DNA from: Monocercomonoides exilis PA203
Lineage: Eukaryota; Protista; Preaxostyla
Length of the DNA: 64,000 nt
Assembly: GCA_001643675.2 (NCBI GenBank)
Contig: LSRY02000010.1
Span: 1,550,001-1,614,000 of the forward strand
Reading direction: 5' to 3'
Shown here: positions 32,713 through 45,913 of the stretch, in pieces
Layout of the letters: every line of letters begins with the position of its first letter
How positions within the stretch are numbered: position 1 is the first letter of the stretch
Notes under the pieces: generated by a model
Database searches by the model: none
What the model saw: the letters and a program-made list of their open reading frames with translations, nothing else
What the model was told of the DNA's origin: nothing
Translations under genes and position numbers: made by a program

Positions 32713-33504
32713 CAAGTTGGAGGCTCAGAACAAGTTTGTTCTTCGGAGGACAAAGTTGACAAGCATGTTTCTTGAACCGTTGCTTCTGAGCTAGCTGACT
32801 TTTTCTTTTTCTTCAGATTTATCAAATTCTTCTTCTTTCTCATTGCAACAGTCACTTCCTCCTTCCTCTTCATTCCCACCACCATCATCATCTGTTTCTT
32901 CTTCTTCTTCTTCTTCTTCTTCTTCTTCTTCTTCTTCTTCTTCTTCTTCTTCTTCTTCTTCTTCTTCTTCAAACTCAGAATTGATGCCACAAGAAAAGCA
33001 TCTTGTTCTTGTAGTTCACATTCAAATCATCAAATCAACTTTCCATTCCCTGGATTTTGATTTCCTTTCTTCAATTCTCTGAAATGGCACGATATTTGGA
33101 AAACCAGAAGCTGAAGAATACATCTGTTCCACTGATTACAGAAGATGCTTTCGAAGCGGAAGAATGAACAAATGCTTTTTGTTTATATTTTCATTAAACT
33201 TTTGAGAAGACAAATCATTTGAGGAAAATTTAAAAGGATGGGAAAAAGAAGTTAATTGGGACGAAATTTTGAGCTTTCTGAATTTTGTTCCATTCTACTC
33301 CAACAAATATTTTTCTCAAATTTTAAATTTATCCACTTTCTTTTTTGACGTGGGAATGAAAGACTTATTATGATAAGGTTGGAGAAAAAAAATTGGAACA
33401 AATCGTTGTTTTTTTTCATAAATGAAAGAATTTTTCCCCAAATGATGAAATAAGAAAAAATAAATAAATAATTAGAGTTACAAAATGAAATGTGTCTCAT
33501 TTCC

Positions 33505-34947
33505 TCAAACATTCACTAAATAATCAGAAACATTCAAAGATAACGAATGATGATTATTTATGTTAATGAGCTCGAATAATTCATAAAAGCTGGTGATGGT
33601 ATCTTCGTATCCTTCTTCTTCCAGCTTTTCAAACACTTTCCTTTTCATCTCTTTTCTTTTTTCTTCGTCGGCATCATCATCCTCCTTTCCTTTAAATCTC
33701 CTTGAAACATTCAGAAAAAATTGCAAGTTTTCAAATGGATTTTTGTAATCTATTGTTCGTCTCTGAATTTCCACCAAAGCAACATCAAAAGCTCCTCCGT
33801 TCAATAGGTCATTTATTTGAACGGTCCTGTTCATCGCTGCTTGTTTAATCGCAAAAATGCACCGGTGGCAAAGTTCTCTGTAATTATCCTTCGATGCTTT
33901 AAATGCTTCCGCAATACTTCCAATAAGCCCAACAAATTCTTCATTCCACAATTGGCAGTAGTAAAAGAAAGGCTCCATCAATGTGAGCCATCTTACAAAA
34001 ACTTGTATTTCTTTCCTTTCTACTCCTCTTTCCTCTCCTTTTTTTTGCTTACAACTCACACTTTTTGCCAACTCTTTCAGTTCTTTTGCTGCTTCTCCCA
34101 CAAAATGCAGATCATTCACAATTTCTTCTTCAGAATAATAATCCATGTAAAATCTGTGCACCAAAATTTTCCAAGCTGATTGATGCGCAAGAGGTGTAAG
34201 GTTGTGATGCTGCTGATGATATAGGATAATCACATCAATTCCAAATATGTACATATCTTGTTCCTCTTCCTAATCAAAAAGATGGGGGGAAAAAAAAATC
34301 ATTATTATCAAAATTGAAAAAGAAAAGCGTACTCCCAAATCCCGAATACTGCTCAATATAAGCAAAGCCATTTCCACTTGTTTTTGAGTTTCCTCACTTT
34401 CCCCTTTCTTCGATGCTGCTTTCGTTAAGTAAGTTATACAAATTGAACGCAATTCAGGCGAGACGTAGTGGCTTAGAGAAATATGACATTCGCAAAGATC
34501 AATCAGCAGCTTTTCGTTCTTTTTCTTCTTCTTCTTCTTTTCTTCTTCAATAATCATCTTCTCAATTCTTTCATTCAATAAAGTGCTAGCAAAGTTATAG
34601 AACCACAAAGTTTTCAACGATCTGTAATATCCAATTCGCTTTAGTAACAAAATTGCATTTTCCATCGAAAGTTTCTCTTTTTTAATCATTTTGTGTATTT
34701 TGTTGAACAGTTCTTGAGAAAAAACAGATTTGAATTCTTCTTCGTCCATCTCTTCTATCAATGTACCCATTTCAAAAATTTTCTGTTTTTGATCTTCCTT
34801 ACTGAAGCGTTCAAGTTCAGAAAACAATTCTTCAAAGAAAAAAGCAAAGAAAGAAATCAATCAACAAAAATTCAAAAGCAATAACAATTGCGCACCAGTA
34901 AACTTGTTGCATATGCTCTTATCCTGATATTTGATAGTTAATTGCAT
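33505..34947 (-). CDS. Helical E/K-rich hypothetical protein, 3 exons, intact mirror of 30413-31849
   Basis: Same splice sites as the left copy. The last exon is open (249-aa ORF 33505-34254). Confidence 0.78.
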
Positions 34948-36449
34948 CCAGAAAGCAACGCCATTTTGAAATTCATGTTGAATTCGCATACGTTTGGAAA
35001 GAAGAAACAGATGAAAAGCAGAAACTCAAAAATAGCTCTCATAAAAATAAGTGCATCCAAACTGTTCTTTCTTGCGTTGACATTTTTGACAATGTATTAC
35101 GAATTAAAGTGAAGCTTGCCTTTGAAAGGTTTGTTGTATTGGTTACTTTGATCAAATTAATAAACAAATTACACAATTAACAAATAGGACGAATAATTTT
35201 GATTTCATCATTTTGTTCCACACTTCATGTGAAAATCTTTTTTTGGGGCAAAATTCGAGTATTTGCGTAAAAAAATAACGATTTGATCCAAACTTATTCT
35301 GTTTATTATTATTATTATTATTATGAATTCATCGTTATCATAACAAAAAACATAGAAAAATTATAAAATTTAGTTAAATGTTCAAAAATATCGTGTGGAA
35401 AAAAATCATTTTTTTAAAATATTTCATCCCATATGTTTGATAATCCGATTGAATTGAAAACAGAAAGAGAGTTCATCAGTTTCCAAATCCGGAAGAACTC
35501 CAAAAAGACTTTGATGGGGTTATCTCTTTTGTTTGGAAGCAATACGTTTCATGCATGATTGGAACTGCTGGTTATGCAACGCAGTGTCTGATTCGTTTTT
35601 ATTGGAGGAAATAATTGTTGCAACCTGATCAAGATAAGAAAGAAAGGTGTGAAGATGCTTGTCAGCTTCTCTAATAGCTTCTGTTGATTAGCATGTTATA
35701 TTGAAAGACTTTTTCAAAATCAATCTGAAAAAAATGATAGTTTTAGGTTTCTTGTCTTCTTTCGAAAAATCATAATTTGTTTTTTGCGAAATTCACCAAA
35801 AGCTGATTTCCAAATAAAAACCAACAAACAACCAACCATCGTTTGTAAATTGTCGAATAAAATAATTTTCTGTTTGAAAGGGAAAAAGAATTGGCGCAAA
35901 AGGAATAATGATTGCCAATGGAGACGCTTTTGATCAAGAGTTCTGTTTTGTGATTTTCTGTGGAATAGTTTCAATCAAAAATATTTTCATAGGGACTTTT
36001 TTGTTTCTTTTGTGAGATATGAAAGTGTTTATTAAAAAATTGCTATTTGAATATTCTCTTCTTTTCAGTGAAGTCGAAATAAAACAATAATCTCCTCAGA
36101 AGCAGATGATGTTGCTGATAGCATTTTTTTGGAAGAAAGTTTCAAGCGCGACATTCGAATTTAAAGGTAAAAGAAAACGAGAACGCTTGCGATTTTGGCT
36201 GCTGTCGCATTAATTATATTTTCTTATCATCGTTCTTTCTGTTTATGTTTTATAATTTTTGTTTTTTCACCAATTTCAATTCGGTCCCAGGACATGTTTT
36301 TTGCATTGTTTGCAAACTATCGAAAAGGCGAATGCAAACACGAAGCTGAGTTCCATCCTTTGCATCTTTTGACTCATCGATCAGTTGCACTTGTGCAGAA
36401 GCTTCCTTCTTTGTGTTGGCTTTCGATATGAAAGACTGAATCAGAAATT

Positions 36450-39355
36450 GAAAACAGCATTGTCCCTTCAGGAATATTCAAGACAAACTCATGTTTCAGC
36501 TCAATCAAAATGGTTTTTCCCTTGCCTTTTGATTTTAAAAGTGCCTTGCAAAAGTTTCAAAGGACAAGTCATTCATCAATGAATCTTTCTTCCTTCATCT
36601 GTCTTTAATCTTCTCTTCAGCCGGTTCCGTTTCAATATCACCAAATGGAATCTCCATTGTCTGACACTTCCATAGCATTACCTCTCCTCCATATCCATCA
36701 CACTTCATTTTGAAGAATTTTGTTGATACTCTGCGTTGCGATGTTGACCCTCCAACACGAACTTTGCTTGATGAAGTTGCCAACTCAACCTTTATCCCTC
36801 CTCCATCCCCATTCACACACTCACACTCTTCCATTGTCATGTTCCACACCACAAAGGTTTCTCCTGCACCCACACTCTTTAACACTACCACCCCATCTCC
36901 TCCAGTCCGATTCACATTTCGAATTGTCAAATCTCTCAGAAAACTTTCTCCTGCTGTTGATTCTGCTGATGATGGCTCAGCAAACAAAGGCTGTGATATT
37001 TTTATATTTTTGACCTCCACATCAATCATCTTCAGCTGTCTCAGTGCCACTTCAAACACAGATGCTGATATTACACTTCTTCTTCTTGTTCCTGAGATCA
37101 GTATGTCCGCCAGTGAAAGTGACCCACTTCCATCAGAAACAACAAAAACATTTGGGGATGGACTTCTTTCAGTGTTGTGATCGATCCCCACATGCTCCAC
37201 CTCCAATTGTCCACTCGTCACACTGAACAGTGTTGTCGAGTCGATAGAAAGGAGATTTGTTCCAATCACACTTTCTTCCCTTCCTTTTCCAATTATCATG
37301 ATTTTCTTTCCACCAATGTTGATTATTTCCACCTCGCTTTCATGTTTCCCCTCCAAAACTGTAACTATGGAAGTCAATTGCTGGCTGCTCATATCAATTG
37401 CAAATCCAACTGTTTTGCATGTTGTTGTCTCACTCGTAATGCACCATTCATTTGAGTCATCTCCATTCACATCCACAAACCGATCCTTCATCCCTTTGTT
37501 CAACCATCCTTTCTTGCCTGTGTGTTCATGAACATTTCCATAAAAGCACACTCTCTGATCATTTGTGTTTGTTGTGAAGGATTCACAGAACGGATTATTT
37601 GAACTTGTGAACATTTTGTTGACATCGGAAAAATACACATCATGCCCATATGGCACGTCAGCAGAACATTGGCAGTTGTGAAAGAAGAGGAATTAAAAAT
37701 AAAAATAAAAATTGGAATTCAGCACTGTTTGCTGAAGGGGATAAAAATCAATTCCACCTCCATATGAGTTTGCAGAGCATGAAACGAACTGAATCCCACT
37801 CATTTTGAATGCTTCAGGAACACCATGGGTGTGCAGCCCTCCGCCATATAAACTCGAAATTGAACACCAAGCAAATGAGCATTCAAACACACACCCACTT
37901 CCCTCTCTTTGATTTTCTGCCTCGGCACATCCTGATCCGGAAATATGAAATCTGTCGAGATCAACGCCTCCTCCCCAGCCTTGGGCAGGGCATTTCTGGA
38001 ATTCACATCCACCGATCCGAACACATGATGAAATCGTTACAACATAGAATCCTCCTCCATATTGATTTTGCGCAGTACAAGCACCGAACACATCATTTTC
38101 GATATGTACAGATTTGATTGTATGACACATGATTCCGCCTCCACGACTGAATACAAAGCAATTATTAAACAGACAATGTGAAACAGAAAGTTCTCCAGAT
38201 TCGAGATTGTTCATGCACATAGCCCCTCCACTCGATACTCCGTCTGAAATGGAATCACTTGTTCCTGTTGTCTTCGATTCATTCTCTTCACACCAACTGA
38301 ACAAATTTGCTCCATTGTCTGTTGTGTTTTGTCTCCCTGGCTGTTTCTTTTCCACTTCTGTTCCATTGACTGCAACATTCCTTGTCCGACAGCACCCAGT
38401 GAATGAGGTGTTTGAGGCAGCCAACGAAGACGAGGGGTCGTTCAGAGAAAGAACAACCCCTCCATCATGAACATCGCAAACAGCTGTGAATGAGCAGCTG
38501 CTCATCACACAAGTTGTTTCACAAAGGGAAGAGGCCGAAGATGAACATGCATCATGTGTTGTTGAGATGCTGAAGAAGATCACATCGAACAGACAAATCC
38601 TCGCAAGCAATCGTGGATGCAGAAATGGGGCTTCTGCAACAGAAAAAGATGAAAAATACGAAGAGCCTGTGGAAACACTTCCAACACTCGGAAGGCTCAT
38701 TCCACATGCTTTTGAAGCGAAAAGAGGCGGAATTTGTTCAAGGTGCCTTTTTTGCTGCTCCTAGAGTGATGTTTGCCAAAACTCCACTGCTCCCGCAAAC
38801 CTCGATCTGTGGCTCTGGATTCGAAAAATCCAGCACACACTCCCTCAAAACAAGAAAACTCCCATTTTCTGCTCTGATCATGCTTTTTCTTCCTCCTTCT
38901 GCAATCCTCAGATCCCTGAGTGCTCCTGATGAATTAGACATGACAAAAACTCCTCTGACTTCGCTTTTATCTGTCATCTCAACTTTCCATATACCCCTTC
39001 GGTAGCAAGCGTCCTTCGTTGATCCTTTCTTTCCACTTTGAACTTCGTCCCCAAACTTCTCGCTTTCTTTCCCTTCTTCAGCCTTGTGTTCTTTCTCATC
39101 TTCTTCATCTCCATCAGCTCCCTTCCCATCGGCTGCTGCTGTCTCATCACAAAATCCAAATATCTTTTCATTTCTCTTGCAACGGCTTTCTGCCTCCTTC
39201 CCCGATTCAAACCCCCAAAACTCCACGTTTTCTTCATCATTCGTCTTTTCCGCAGCCCCTCCTTCTTCGCTTGCTGCACACATGCACATGCAAAGCAAAC
39301 ACACGCTGCATTTTCCGACTTTTATCTCAGACACATCCCTGCTTCTTTTCCCCAT
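36450..39355 (-). pseudogene. GGA-motif surface protein/pseudokinase family pseudogene (mirror of 21045-23950)
   Basis: ORF pieces at 38738-39355, 37693-38700 and 36595-37656. Shares the KKAP* and FYFYF* stops and the TM-removing deletion with the left copy. Confidence 0.8.
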
Positions 39356-40444
39356 TCCTGTCCGATTTTCTCAATTCTTCACCTCTCTCTTTTTCATTAT
39401 GGGCTCTCTCTCTCTCACTCACTTTTTTTTGTTTTGTTTTTCCCCATGAAAAGTGGACGAGTTGAACAGAAGCGTATATATCACGTCTCACTTTGGCTTG
39501 CTCATTTGACCCACAGGAATTGTGCTTTCCTGGCAGCTTGTGCTTGGGCATCTTCAAAAATTCATGCTTCACTTGCCTTTTCATTCCCAAAGGATAACGT
39601 CGCTCCTTCTTGTCCACCACAACCCAAAAAATAAAAAAAATCCACAAAAAAGAACAAAATCATCCATCAAAAGCAAACTTGAACAAAACAGCTAAGTTGC
39701 AAAGTTTTCTCAAAACAACAAAAGGCAAACAAACAAATCAAAAACTCTCTTTAACGCTGGATTCCTTTTCCAGTTCAAACCATATTTAATAAAAACGCAG
39801 TGAGACAGGTTTGCTCCGAGATAATGAGTATTGTTCACTATTTATGGGTGGTTTAAGTGAGAACTTCACCCTCCCCAAAATGACGTGGAAAAAAGGGCGA
39901 AATAAAATACAAAACAATAACATTAAACATTGCATAATAAAATAATGCATTGTCCGCTTCACTTCACCACCGACTTCGCCTTTTCGCATTGGTCACGAAG
40001 ACCAGAGGGCAGGGGACATTGCCCCTCGGGGATGTCTCCTGCAGACTGTGCAAAGATCTGGTGAGGCGAGAGTTCTGTTCGGAGCAGAAAGAAAAACCAC
40101 TCTCGCTAATGCGAGGCGTGGAAAAGAAAACTGCATGTGATGTGCTCTGCCTCCCGCAATTCTGCTGATCTAGCAGAGTTAGCCCAATCACCACACGCTG
40201 CATATTAAATATTTAATTCTTCTCTTAGCAACTTGTTCCACAACAATTTTAGGAGTAGTGTTATTCATAAAGCTATTAATTCTATCCATAATTCTTTATC
40301 CATATAATCTGTGCAACCTTGCGACTTCGGGCGGTTGGTTCTTCTACCTTCTCTTGGATGTCTCGCCCCTTTTCTCGTCATATTCCTCCAAATATGTTTC
40401 TCCCTTTCGCACCAAACAGCCTTGAGTCTCTCCATCCGCATTTG

Positions 40445-40541
40445 TATTATCTCGGAGCAAACCTGTCTCACTGCGCTCTATCAATTCGCAATAGAGCGAA
40501 TCTACGAACGCAAGGAGCAGGTTTGCTCCTCAATAATGAGT
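40445..40541. repeat. DIRS internal complementary region (ICR)
   Basis: attatctcggagcaaacctgtctcactgcg is the reverse complement of 39796-39825. gcaatagagcgaatctacgaacgcaaggagcaggtttgctcctcaataatgagt is nearly the reverse complement of 45915-45968. Confidence 0.92.
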
Positions 40542-43500
40542 CTTGAAAGCCCTTTTATATATTAATTCTTATTTAGTTTTATATTTATTTATTTATAATG
40601 ATCTTAAACCCTCCTGCCTAGCACGTCATCGTGCGGAGGATGTGTAGAGAGCCTGCGGATGAAGGTGCGGCCCCTGGCTCCACTCCCTTTCTTTCTCGAT
40701 GTGCTTCTGAGGCCTTTTTAACCGGTAATTCGTTTCTCTTGAATTCTTTAACATTTGTCCTGAATGACTCACTCTACGCTTCCTCCGGTCTGTGCCCTTC
40801 TTACTCTGTTGTGCAGTGTGTTTACTTCCAGTCAGCTCGCTTGCACTGCTAGGAATTATGAGGGGTGTTCTCCGACGCTAGAGTGGTCGGGATGAGGAGT
40901 TCTGTGACAAAGCTATTTCTCTTTGCCTTCTCTCTTCTCAACTCGGTAAGTCTAGTCTCTTTAACTTCTTTCCTTTTCTCATATCTTCTTCTCCCCCAGC
41001 TTCTGATAACTTCACTGTGCATTCTTTCATTAATGATTCCGCTTTCTCGACTCTCATATCCTTCCTTTCTCTTCCCATATCCAACTTTTTTTCTTCTCCA
41101 AGAGAGGGTTCCTGGATGTTGATCGTCAACAGGATCCATTTCATATCTTGAACAGGTTAAAAGTTTTAAATTTTTGTGTCTCTCTTGATCCTAGCTCCCC
41201 TTTTGTGTACAGATTGCTCGCTTTCCAATCGGAACCTTCTCGTCCTTATATGTGTATTATAACTTATGTCTAATCGAGAACACGGTCAAAAGATTGTGTA
41301 TTTCATACTCTTTTTGAGTAGCTTCTAATTCTTCTTTTATTCTCTGCATATTTGCAGGCTCACCTTCTTTTATATAAACCACACGTGTTCATCTTTTAAA
41401 GTTGTCCCGGAAAAATCCAGTTTTCGTTGGAGCGCTTCTTCTGCATCTATGAGTGGGTTAAATTGTTTGTTAATATCGATTTTTATAGTCTTCCTTAATG
41501 TTATTTTTATCTGCACTTCTATAAATACCGTATTCTCTTTTAATATTGAACTCTTCCTTCTCAATCTCTCCAGCTTAGCTGGCTCTAAAGTTGCAAAAAT
41601 AATAGTGAGGATGAGGGCTCTCCTCTGGAGTGCTTGTGGGTCTATTGAGTTGTATGTGGTTTATTCCCCTTTTGTCATAGTTGTGAAAACCCACACTGAT
41701 TTATATTGTTTGCCCCGTCTCTGCTTAACTCTCTCGTGAGTTTAAAGAGATGAATTAATATCTTTCTCCTTCGTCTTTATTTCTCTGAAAAGGTTAATAG
41801 ACTCAATAACTTTTCTCTCAGTTTAATTTTTCTCTCCACTTGAAACATTTTTGTTGGATATAATTTCAAAAAATTGTGCCATTATCTACCTGGCATCTTT
41901 GATTGTGAGGGGGTCAGAATCATCAGCACTTAACTTGTCCAAGAATTGTTAAATCTTCGCAGCACTCTCCCTGTATCTCTTTCACTATTTGGGTTACTCA
42001 ATATTGCTGCTGACATGTCCTTCGCTCCAACGAATTCTCTCCATGCATGAAAGGGTTTCCAACTTATATATAAATATATATATTCTCCAGTCAAACGCTT
42101 GTTATTTTTCATGGGAGTTAATTCTAGTCATCATTTCTCATCTCTTATAATGTTAACTCTATGTTTCTCAAGAACAGACTGGCACTATCTTGTTCAACAA
42201 CAGCTCAATCACTCCTTCGACCTTCTCAGAGAGGATCGTTTCCAAATAGTTCCACAGGGCACCAGCGCAATCGGTTCTGAAATTGTATCTTGTGTACTCG
42301 GTGCGACTATCTGCAATATCTCTGAGACTTTTTCCCCCCTCAGTGCATAGTCCGGCTTTTTCGCCATCAGGCTGAATGCATCTGCTTTTGTTATCTGTTC
42401 TCCCGGAAGATGTTCCGTCTGTATTGTGATGTCCAGGCTGTTCAGTTTCTTCTCTAATGCCCTCAGTGTTGGAATGAGAGATGGCGCTCCCCTCTTCTTC
42501 TGTATTGTCCATCTCGTGGACATGTTGTCTGTCCTCAGACGAATATGGTCTATCTTCTGTTGTTGCAGCCATGCTCCCTTCCTTTCTAAAGTCCTCAACA
42601 CTGCTCTGGACTCCTTTTCGTTTATCGCTAACGCACTCTCCTGGAGGGTCCAACTCCCGTGGACATATATCTTCTCCTCTTTGTTCTCCCTCGGTATTGC
42701 TAATACTGCACCCCATCCCATCTCTGAAGCGTTCGTCGTTAGTACCGCCGGTCTGTTCCTTCTCTTCAGACTCCTTGGTCTGTTTTCTTGTAGTATCTTT
42801 CTCCAATGTGTTAATTCTCCCAACATCATTGGGTTGACTATCACCGTTCCATTCCAGCCCACCACGGGCTATCTCCTGCCTCAGCATGTATTGCATTCGC
42901 CTCATCTGCAAGCTTGCTGGTGGGTGTTGCAGTCTCACAAAATTCAGCCTCCCGAGGAGTGCTGCTAAGTCTCTTGTTCTGTGATTCCTCCCTTTCTTTG
43001 CATGTGCTATCCGGGAATGCACATCCTTCAGCAAGAGCACTCTCTTCCTCTCTTGGAGCGTCACTTCCATCCTTTCCGAGTTCCAAAGCAATCACAGGAA
43101 CTCCACGCTCCTTGCGGGTTCCAACTTCAGTTTCTCTTCCGACAGAATCCAGCCCAGATTCCTCGGAACTGGGCTATCTCCTGTGAGATCAATCTCAATG
43201 CATCCACGTCTGGATACATGAGGAGAATGTCGTCCAGATATATTACAAGCTTCACTTTCCACTTCTCTCTGATATTTGACGCTGCCCGTCTCATTATCTT
43301 TGTAAATATTCTGGGCGCATCTTTCGCTCCAAATGGCATCCCCAAGAAAGCGTTGCATTGACTTTGAAAGCTGAAGCACAGATTGGGACTGAATTGTTCG
43401 TCCACTTTGATGTGCTGGTATGCACTCGATATATCCTGAGTGGTCATCCAATCGTTCTCCTCCAGGAGTTCCACCACTGTCTCCTGGAAATCCATCTTGA

Positions 43501-44448
43501 AATGCTTTCCCTGCACCTCCTCGTTTAGCGCCCTGCAATCCAGGATCTTTTTCCACTTTCCGTTTTTCTTTATCACCATGAATGTCGGGTTGAATCACTT
43601 CACCTCCGACTCCTGAACGGACTTCACCGCTCCGTCCCCCAACTTCTGCTTATAAAGGTTTGAGCAATTGCTCCTTCGTGAGGATCTTCAATAACTCTAT
43701 TAGGCTCCCCATTCTGATAGTTTCTTCTTGGGTACTCGACTACAATCCCAGAAGCTTTCTTTATTCCTCTCTTGATTTCCTTCAAGCACATCATCTTATT
43801 CTTCGTTCTCATTTCGCGGAAATAAGCGGAGCCTTCCTCCATTTTCGTCACACTGTGCTGTGCGACTTCTTTCTATATCCTCATCTCGGAATTTTCTGCG
43901 GTCTCTTGTTCTATCTCATCCTCGCAATTTAACGCGGCTTTTTCTTCTTCGATTTTCTAACAATATCTCACGGTTTTTATATCTGCACCTATCTCTTGAT
44001 TATGCACTGTTTCTTGTTGCATTATCAATTCGTAATTTCTTTCCATTTCTTTCCCTATTCTTATCTCGCAGTAACCTCAGCTTTCTCTTCATTCAAACTC
44101 TTTTGATAGAAAGCGGTTTCTCTCTCCACAATAATCTCGTTTCATCTCACGGTTATCTCTTTTCTCTCTGTCTCGTTATCTTTCGCGGTTTCATATTTGT
44201 GATTATCTCCGTTAATTAACATAGTAACTTTTCTTATTATTTATCAATAATATTTCATCGTTTCTGTTTGTCATGCTGTTTCGTAACACAGTTTGTCTAT
44301 ATTTCCTTTGCTAAAGTTGATTTAATAAGCTGAGTTTTCTCTTCATAATAATCTCAATTTAATTGCGTTTCTATTTTTTTCTCTCTTCTCTCTCTCCTCT
44401 CTTGGTCTCGCGGCAAAACACGGTTTTCTATTCTATATCTTTTCATAT

Positions 44449-44717
44449 GGGGGAAAATATGGACTTTCAAGCTTTTTTTGCACAAAGCACAAACATTTTG
44501 TTTCACTCATAACTTTATCAATCATTCTCAGATTTCGAAATAAATTGGTTTATCATTACTGTAAACAAACATCATTGATGTGATCACATAATGTTTTGTG
44601 ACCTCACATGTATTTCAATAAATAAACCCATTTTTTTTCAGATTTTTTGATCACAAAAAGTTCATCAAATATACATAATTTTTCAATGAAAATGCCTGAA
44701 GTCAAATATTTTGTCCC
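44449..44717. mobile_element. MITE-B, mirror copy
   Basis: ATAT|gggggaaaatatggactt ... aagtcaaatattttgtccc|ATAT. Confidence 0.9.
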
Positions 44718-44721
44718 ATAT

Positions 44722-44978
44722 GGGTGATTATTTTTGAAATCATTTTATTTCATACAAAAATTTCGGTGCAAAAATATTTCTTGAATATCAATAAACAAAA
44801 ATTGAAAAGAGAAAAGGCTTGTTGAATGCATTTAAATCTTTGATTCGGAAAAACCATTAGTTTTTTAAAACAATTTTCATGCTTTTCCTCTTTTGAATCA
44901 AAATTTTCTTTCAAAAAACTAACAATTTTATAAAAATCAACATTCCGAAAAAAGATATGATTTCAAAAATAATCACCC
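44722..44978. mobile_element. MITE-A, mirror copy
   Basis: ATAT|gggtgattatttttgaaatcat ... atgatttcaaaaataatcaccc|ATAT. Confidence 0.88.
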
Positions 44979-45463
44979 ATATCTTCTTTAATTTTCGAAA
45001 TATCTTGCGATTTCTAAATTTTCCTATATCTCACTGCATGTATGGCTCATTTTCCTAATAAATGAACAAAATATTTTGTAGTTTCATTTTCTTAGAAAAT
45101 ATTTTGAAAAACATATCTTCATTTTGCATAAATATCTCACAAATATCATAATTTCTGTTTTCTGTTTTGTAGCTTCTATTCTTGTATTGTCTTTTCACTA
45201 TGCGCGGCCCTCTATTCGTCTTTATTGGCTGTGCACTTCCTTCCATTCCAGATGATGTATTTCAAGGTCAGAACTTACCAAGTTCTTCAATAATATTTTC
45301 CTTTCTTCCCAGTTTCAGAAATCGATCCAAATCTTTTCCATCTCCGTCTCTGTATTTTTTGTAACAGGCTGTTGCTCTTAATTATTGCGGACAATAAAGA
45401 TCTTCTTTGAATTTGAGTATTGGCGAAGTTAGATCTTAAACCACCCATAAATCGTGAACAATA

Positions 45464-45913
45464 CAGTCCAAACCGGATATAATCACGTCGAATATAATCA
45501 CATTCGAATATAGTCACATTTTTCCATGCACTGACATTTTTGGCCTATTTTTCATTCATTTTCCATCGCATACAATCACAGGGCAGAAAATATATAATCA
45601 CAATTTTTTTCATTAAGGGTGCTTTTTTCAATGAAAAATCGATTTTTTGATCAAAAATTTCAAAATTTCGCTTTTTCAAAAATGTGCTCAAATAAGTCAA
45701 AATGATGTGTATTCATGATCAAAATAGATTAAGCAAATGAAAAAAGTGTATTTGTTATGAATTTCCAAAAATAAAAAATTCGACCCAAAATTAATTATTT
45801 CAAAAATTAATTTTTGATTTTTTCTGTGTAAAGCATCATCGTGTATAATCACAATCGGATATAGTCACAAAAAGTTGTGCAAAAACCGATGTGATAATAT
45901 CCGGTTTAGACTG
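45464..45913. mobile_element. 450-bp Tc1/mariner(pogo)-type MITE with TA duplication, right arm only
   Basis: TA|cagtccaaaccggatataatcacgtcg ... cgatgtgataatatccggtttagactg|TA. The empty site gagTAttg is at 15642-15649. Internal repeats of ata(a/g)tcac. Confidence 0.93.

Noticed and set aside
39860-40440. Hammerhead ribozyme in the DIRS 3' region
   Set aside because: I found no CTGANGA...GAAA core on either strand.
45464-45520. Short tandem ata(a/g)tcac repeats as a CRISPR-like array
   Set aside because: They are subterminal MITE repeats with no unique spacers or cas genes, in a eukaryotic context.
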